From assembly GCA_964227855.1 (NCBI GenBank), contig CAXQWT010000009.1, positions 1 through 50,607 of the forward strand: 50,607 nt of DNA, read 5' to 3'. The notes below the pieces were generated by a model. The model saw nothing but the letters and a program-made list of their open reading frames with translations. It searched no databases and was not told where the DNA came from. This DNA is from Salipiger bermudensis (GTDB lineage: Archaea; Thermoplasmatota; Poseidoniia; Poseidoniales; Poseidoniaceae). Shown one piece after another: positions 47,303-50,607 of this stretch (the first letter of the stretch is position 1; every line of letters starts with the position of its first letter). The translations under genes and the position numbers were made by a program.

Positions 47303-47818
47303 ATGCTTCACTTGATAGGGCCGAAATGGCATCCAACAGATGCATACTACGAATGCAGATATGCGATTCTACGCGAACCATTGGGGTTCGAGCGCGGGGC
47401 CGAAATTTTACAAGATGATACCGAAGCAATACACGCCTACGTCGAAATTGACGACGTAGTTGTAGCAGTTGGCCGCAGCCATCTTATTCCTGAGACAAGT
47501 GATGGTTCGCAGTCTGATTTTCCGGGACGGTCGGGTCCGAAGACTCCGCCCTTCTCTCCACTCGATTCTAGGCGCAGACCAGCCATCCAAATACGACAGA
47601 TGGGAACCCTTGATTCGCACCGTCGGCAGGGATTTGCAGCTGATGTGCTCGATGCTCTCGAGAAAGCTTCTGTCAAGAAATTCAACGCAGCATGCGGCTT
47701 TTTGCAAGCCCGAGAGGGTGCGATCTCGTTCTACCAATCCCAGGGGTGGATTCTCATCGACGAACCGTATTCAATTCCAAACGTCGGCCCTCATCGCTCA
47801 ATGATGAAACAATTCTAA
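47303..47818 (+). CDS. GNAT family N-acetyltransferase
   Basis: RYAILREPLG, QIRQMGT..HRRQGFA, LQAREGAISFYQSQGW, GPHRSM. Confidence 0.88.
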   Translation: MLHLIGPKWHPTDAYYECRYAILREPLGFERGAEILQDDTEAIHAYVEIDDVVVAVGRSHLIPETSDGSQSDFPGRSGPKTPPFSPLDSRRRPAIQIRQMGTLDSHRRQGFAADVLDALEKASVKKFNAACGFLQAREGAISFYQSQGWILIDEPYSIPNVGPHRSMMKQF

Positions 47819-47871
47819 CAATCGAACCTTTACAAACGGTGGACTGCACCTAATATTGATGGGTGAGCCGC

Positions 47872-48612
47872 ATGAAGCAAAAGATAGAAACAAACAAGAA
47901 CGATTCTTATTATATGAAAAAGAAGGAGGCGGAACAGATGGAAATGAATGCTGAGTCCCTTTCCACGAAAAAAAAGAACGAACGCTTCCTTGAAGCACTC
48001 AAGACATTAAGCGATCAAGATCCTCAATCGTTCTCAGAAATCGCGCCAGAACTTCTCCAACGCTGTGCGTATTATTGGAGAGGTTCTGATCCTTTTTTCT
48101 CAACCAAATTAAATTCATGGCTTTCCTATGATATGATGTGGAAGCCATTTGGAGAAATTATTCCCGACGATGCAAATTTTTCAAAACGCATAGAGTCCGA
48201 TGCATTTGACATAAAAATGTACAGTGGCTCTACAAAAGACCTCCTCGAATCACTACAAACCCGATTCCCGGACGATTTTAATCAGTGGGATGCGTCAATT
48301 CGCAATCAATTTATTATCCTCGGGATGATTGCAATGGGTCGAGAAAAAGGAGAATATCAAGGAGCACTTGTTCACAGGCTTGGCCTAGGTTCGGGGGATG
48401 TTCGGATCAAAGGCTCGAACGTCATCCGTGCAGCGAAAATTGCTCTTGCGCGATTGGCCAAGGACAACGGGGCCGACCTCTTTTCGCCGGCATCTGGTCA
48501 TGGTGTCGAACGTGTTCATAGGATGTCCAGTGCAAAACTTGCTGAAACGATCGAAAGGTTCGTCCTTTCACATTCTGCATCTGTCCTTCTTCCTCCTCCT
48601 CGTAGTCTTTGA
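47872..48612 (+). CDS. Hypothetical protein
   Basis: About 246-aa ORF, GGTGA SD before ATG 47872. Confidence 0.7.
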   Translation: MKQKIETNKNDSYYMKKKEAEQMEMNAESLSTKKKNERFLEALKTLSDQDPQSFSEIAPELLQRCAYYWRGSDPFFSTKLNSWLSYDMMWKPFGEIIPDDANFSKRIESDAFDIKMYSGSTKDLLESLQTRFPDDFNQWDASIRNQFIILGMIAMGREKGEYQGALVHRLGLGSGDVRIKGSNVIRAAKIALARLAKDNGADLFSPASGHGVERVHRMSSAKLAETIERFVLSHSASVLLPPPRSL

Positions 48613-48661
48613 CGTTTCAAAGCGTTGGTTTCATATAGTCTCGGGCTTTTGTAGTTTGTAG

Positions 48662-48906
48662 AGGGAACGTTGGGTTCCCTAAGAACACCCCCGTGAAAAG
48701 CGATGAATTTGGAGGAAAAAGTCAACCATTCTGACAGAACAATTTCGATGCACAGCGCCCTAGTTAAAGGGCGTAAGCAAAAGACTGATGTTGTTCAAAA
48801 CCTCCGCCTTTCAACAGAAGCAGTGCGCATGCTCTGCACCTCTCCCGAGATTGAATGTATCAGTTCAGGTACCTTTTGTTCGGAAAGAGAGAACAGTGGG
48901 TTCTCT
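48662..48906. promoter_or_regulatory. Structured intergenic region with two related palindromes AGRGAAC-N5-GTTCYCT
   Basis: AGGGAAC-GTTGG-GTTCCCT (48662-80) and AGAGAAC-AGTGG-GTTCTCT (48888-906); also CGCCCT-AGTTAA-AGGGCG. Confidence 0.55.
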
Positions 48907-48943
48907 GTGTAAACACAACAAAATAAATTGGAAGTGAAGAAAA

Positions 48944-50607
48944 ATGAACACGAATACGAAGACAAAGACAATGAGCATGCTTTTGGCTTTCCTTCTCGCT
49001 CTATCAGCAGCCTCTGCTGTAAGCGGTGACGGATCTGACCCTCTGGACCCCAACGACGGTGGTGCAGACTGGGACGGCGATGGTCTAACCAACGCTGAAG
49101 AACAAGCTGAAGGTACAAACATGAACAACGCGGACAGCGATGGCGATGGTCTGCCTGATGGATGGGAGGTTGCCAATGGCCTCAACCCAACCAACGGCGG
49201 TGACGGCAATGCGGACTCTGACAACGATGGTCTAACCAACGCACAAGAGTACCAAATGGGTACAAACCCAAACAATGCTGACACCGACGGCGACGGCAAG
49301 AACGACAACGTCGATTCGTTCCCAACCGATCCGAACGATGGTGAGTACTCCGACTCCGACGGTGACGGTATCCCAGACGCATACGACCCAGACTTCCAGG
49401 AGTCTCAGTCGGGCGCTGGTGATGGCGGCACTGAAGGCGGTGGCGAATCCAACGATCAAGGACAAGGTCAGGGACAAGGTCAAGGACAAGGTCAAGGACA
49501 AGGTCAGGGACAAGGTCAAGGACAAGGTCAAGGACAGGGTCAAGGACAAGGTAAAGGACAAGGTCAAGGACAAGGTCAAGGACAAGGTCAAGGACAAGGC
49601 CAAGGACAAGGTCAAGGACAAGGTCAAGGTCAAGGACAAGGTCAGCAAGGACAGCAAGGCCAAGGTGGCCAGCAAGGTCAAGGTGGCCAGCAAGGCCAAC
49701 AAGGCCAAGGTGGTCAACAAGGTCAGCAATCTGGCCAACAAGGCCAGTCTGGACAGCAAGGCCAAGGTCAACAGGGCCAGAACGGTCAGCAAGGTCAGCA
49801 GCAGGATAACGGACAAGGACAGCAACAGCAAGGTGGCCAACAAGGCGGCCAGCAAGGTGACCAGTCCCAACAAGACCAAGGAGGCCAAAACGGCCAAAAC
49901 GGTCAGAACCAGCAGCAACAGGGCCAAACCCAGAACGGTCAGCAAGGTCAGCAAGGTCAACAAAATGACCAGCAGCAAGGCCAGCAACTGGACAACCAGG
50001 ACCAGAACGGCGAAAACGACAACGATGGTGACGGAATCCCAGACGATCTCGACAATGACGACGACAACGACGGAATTGCAGACGATCTAGACGACAATCC
50101 AAACGATCACGACAACGATGGCATCGACGACGCTGAAGACAACGACGACGATGGTGACGGAATCGATGACCGCGAAGAGACTCAGGACGGCGATGACAAC
50201 ACTAACATCTACGACCATGACAACGACGGAATCAACGACGCAGTTGACCTTGACATCGACAACGATGGCATCGACAACCGCAACGACTTCGATGACGTAA
50301 ACAACAACGGTGTAAGGGACGCTGGTGAAGACCGAATGCGTGACCACGACAACGATGGCATGGACGATGGAGAAGACACCGACGACGACAATGATAACAT
50401 CCTAGACGTGGATGAAATCGGTGGCGCTACTGGCGCATACCGCTACGACCACGACAACGATGGAATCTGGGACAGCACAGACACCGACGACGATAACGAC
50501 GGTCTGTCTGACTGGTTCGAAGCGAACGACGGTAACAGCCTAACAGGTCAATTCGACCACGACAACGACGGTATTGAAGACCACGTAGACGACGATGACG
50601 ACAACGA
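48944..50607 (+). CDS. Secreted Ca-binding thrombospondin type-3-like (DxDxDG) repeat protein with a central Gln/Gly low-complexity region; runs off the window (not in the ORF track)
   Basis: Manual translation MNTNTKTKTMSMLLAFLLALSAASAVSGDGSDPLDPNDGGADWDGDGLTNAEE...DSDGDGLPDGWE...(QG)n...DNDGDGIPDDLDNDDDNDG...DHDNDG; no stop seen. Confidence 0.88.
   Translation, partial: MNTNTKTKTMSMLLAFLLALSAASAVSGDGSDPLDPNDGGADWDGDGLTNAEEQAEGTNMNNADSDGDGLPDGWEVANGLNPTNGGDGNADSDNDGLTNAQEYQMGTNPNNADTDGDGKNDNVDSFPTDPNDGEYSDSDGDGIPDAYDPDFQESQSGAGDGGTEGGGESNDQGQGQGQGQGQGQGQGQGQGQGQGQGQGQGQGKGQGQGQGQGQGQGQGQGQGQGQGQGQGQGQQGQQGQGGQQGQGGQQGQQGQGGQQGQQSGQQGQSGQQGQGQQGQNGQQGQQQDNGQGQQQQGGQQGGQQGDQSQQDQGGQNGQNGQNQQQQGQTQNGQQGQQGQQNDQQQGQQLDNQDQNGENDNDGDGIPDDLDNDDDNDGIADDLDDNPNDHDNDGIDDAEDNDDDGDGIDDREETQDGDDNTNIYDHDNDGINDAVDLDIDNDGIDNRNDFDDVNNNGVRDAGEDRMRDHDNDGMDDGEDTDDDNDNILDVDEIGGATGAYRYDHDNDGIWDSTDTDDDNDGLSDWFEANDGNSLTGQFDHDNDGIEDHVDDDDDN
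49457..49642 (+). repeat. Coding tandem repeat, 12-nt unit CAAGGACAAGGT, about 31 QG dipeptides
   Basis: 186 nt of near-perfect repeat; variants mostly synonymous (CAG, GGC), one AAA (Lys). Confidence 0.92.

Noticed and set aside
49457-49642. Tandem repeat as a possible CRISPR array
   Set aside because: Contiguous 6/12-nt units with no spacers, in frame in a CDS, and no cas genes
49182-50347. ORF-track proteins with KDKV, LDLV or LSLT repeats (49275+, 49182-, 49232-, 50087-)
   Set aside because: Alternative frames of the stop-free QG/D-rich repeats; the coherent frame starts at 48944 with a signal peptide and DxDxDG motifs

Overview
Gene-dense (roughly 45-47% GC by eye) archaeal chromosomal segment, most consistent with Marine Group II Euryarchaeota (Ca. 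Poseidoniales). This is inferred from the archaeal-type DnaG, a group II chaperonin, a PINA-like ATPase, GGTGA/GGAGG Shine-Dalgarno motifs, a PGF-type sorting tail and many secreted peptidases/lipoproteins. Housekeeping genes include dnaG, purN, purH, eno, a LeuB/ICDH-family dehydrogenase, two aminotransferases, tRNA-Leu(GAG) and tRNA-Cys(GCA). No integrase, transposase, CRISPR array or rRNA was seen. Most interesting: (i) a three-gene cell-surface module (42.4-45.9 kb) encoding a FAS1-FAS1-cupredoxin surface protein, an archaeal pilin-like protein with an inserted HmuY-like haemophore domain, and a PQQ-type sugar dehydrogenase, with a 13-bp hairpin just inside gene 2; (ii) a secreted Ca-binding repeat protein with a (QG)31 tract and a glutenin-like Q/G region behind a long structured leader; (iii) a HerA-like ATPase with a C-terminal membrane domain next to a claudin/PMP22-like tetraspan protein; (iv) a possible SD-sequestering switch in the dnaG leader; (v) a probable chimeric junction at about 241. 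All family assignments are motif recognition by eye, with no database searches.
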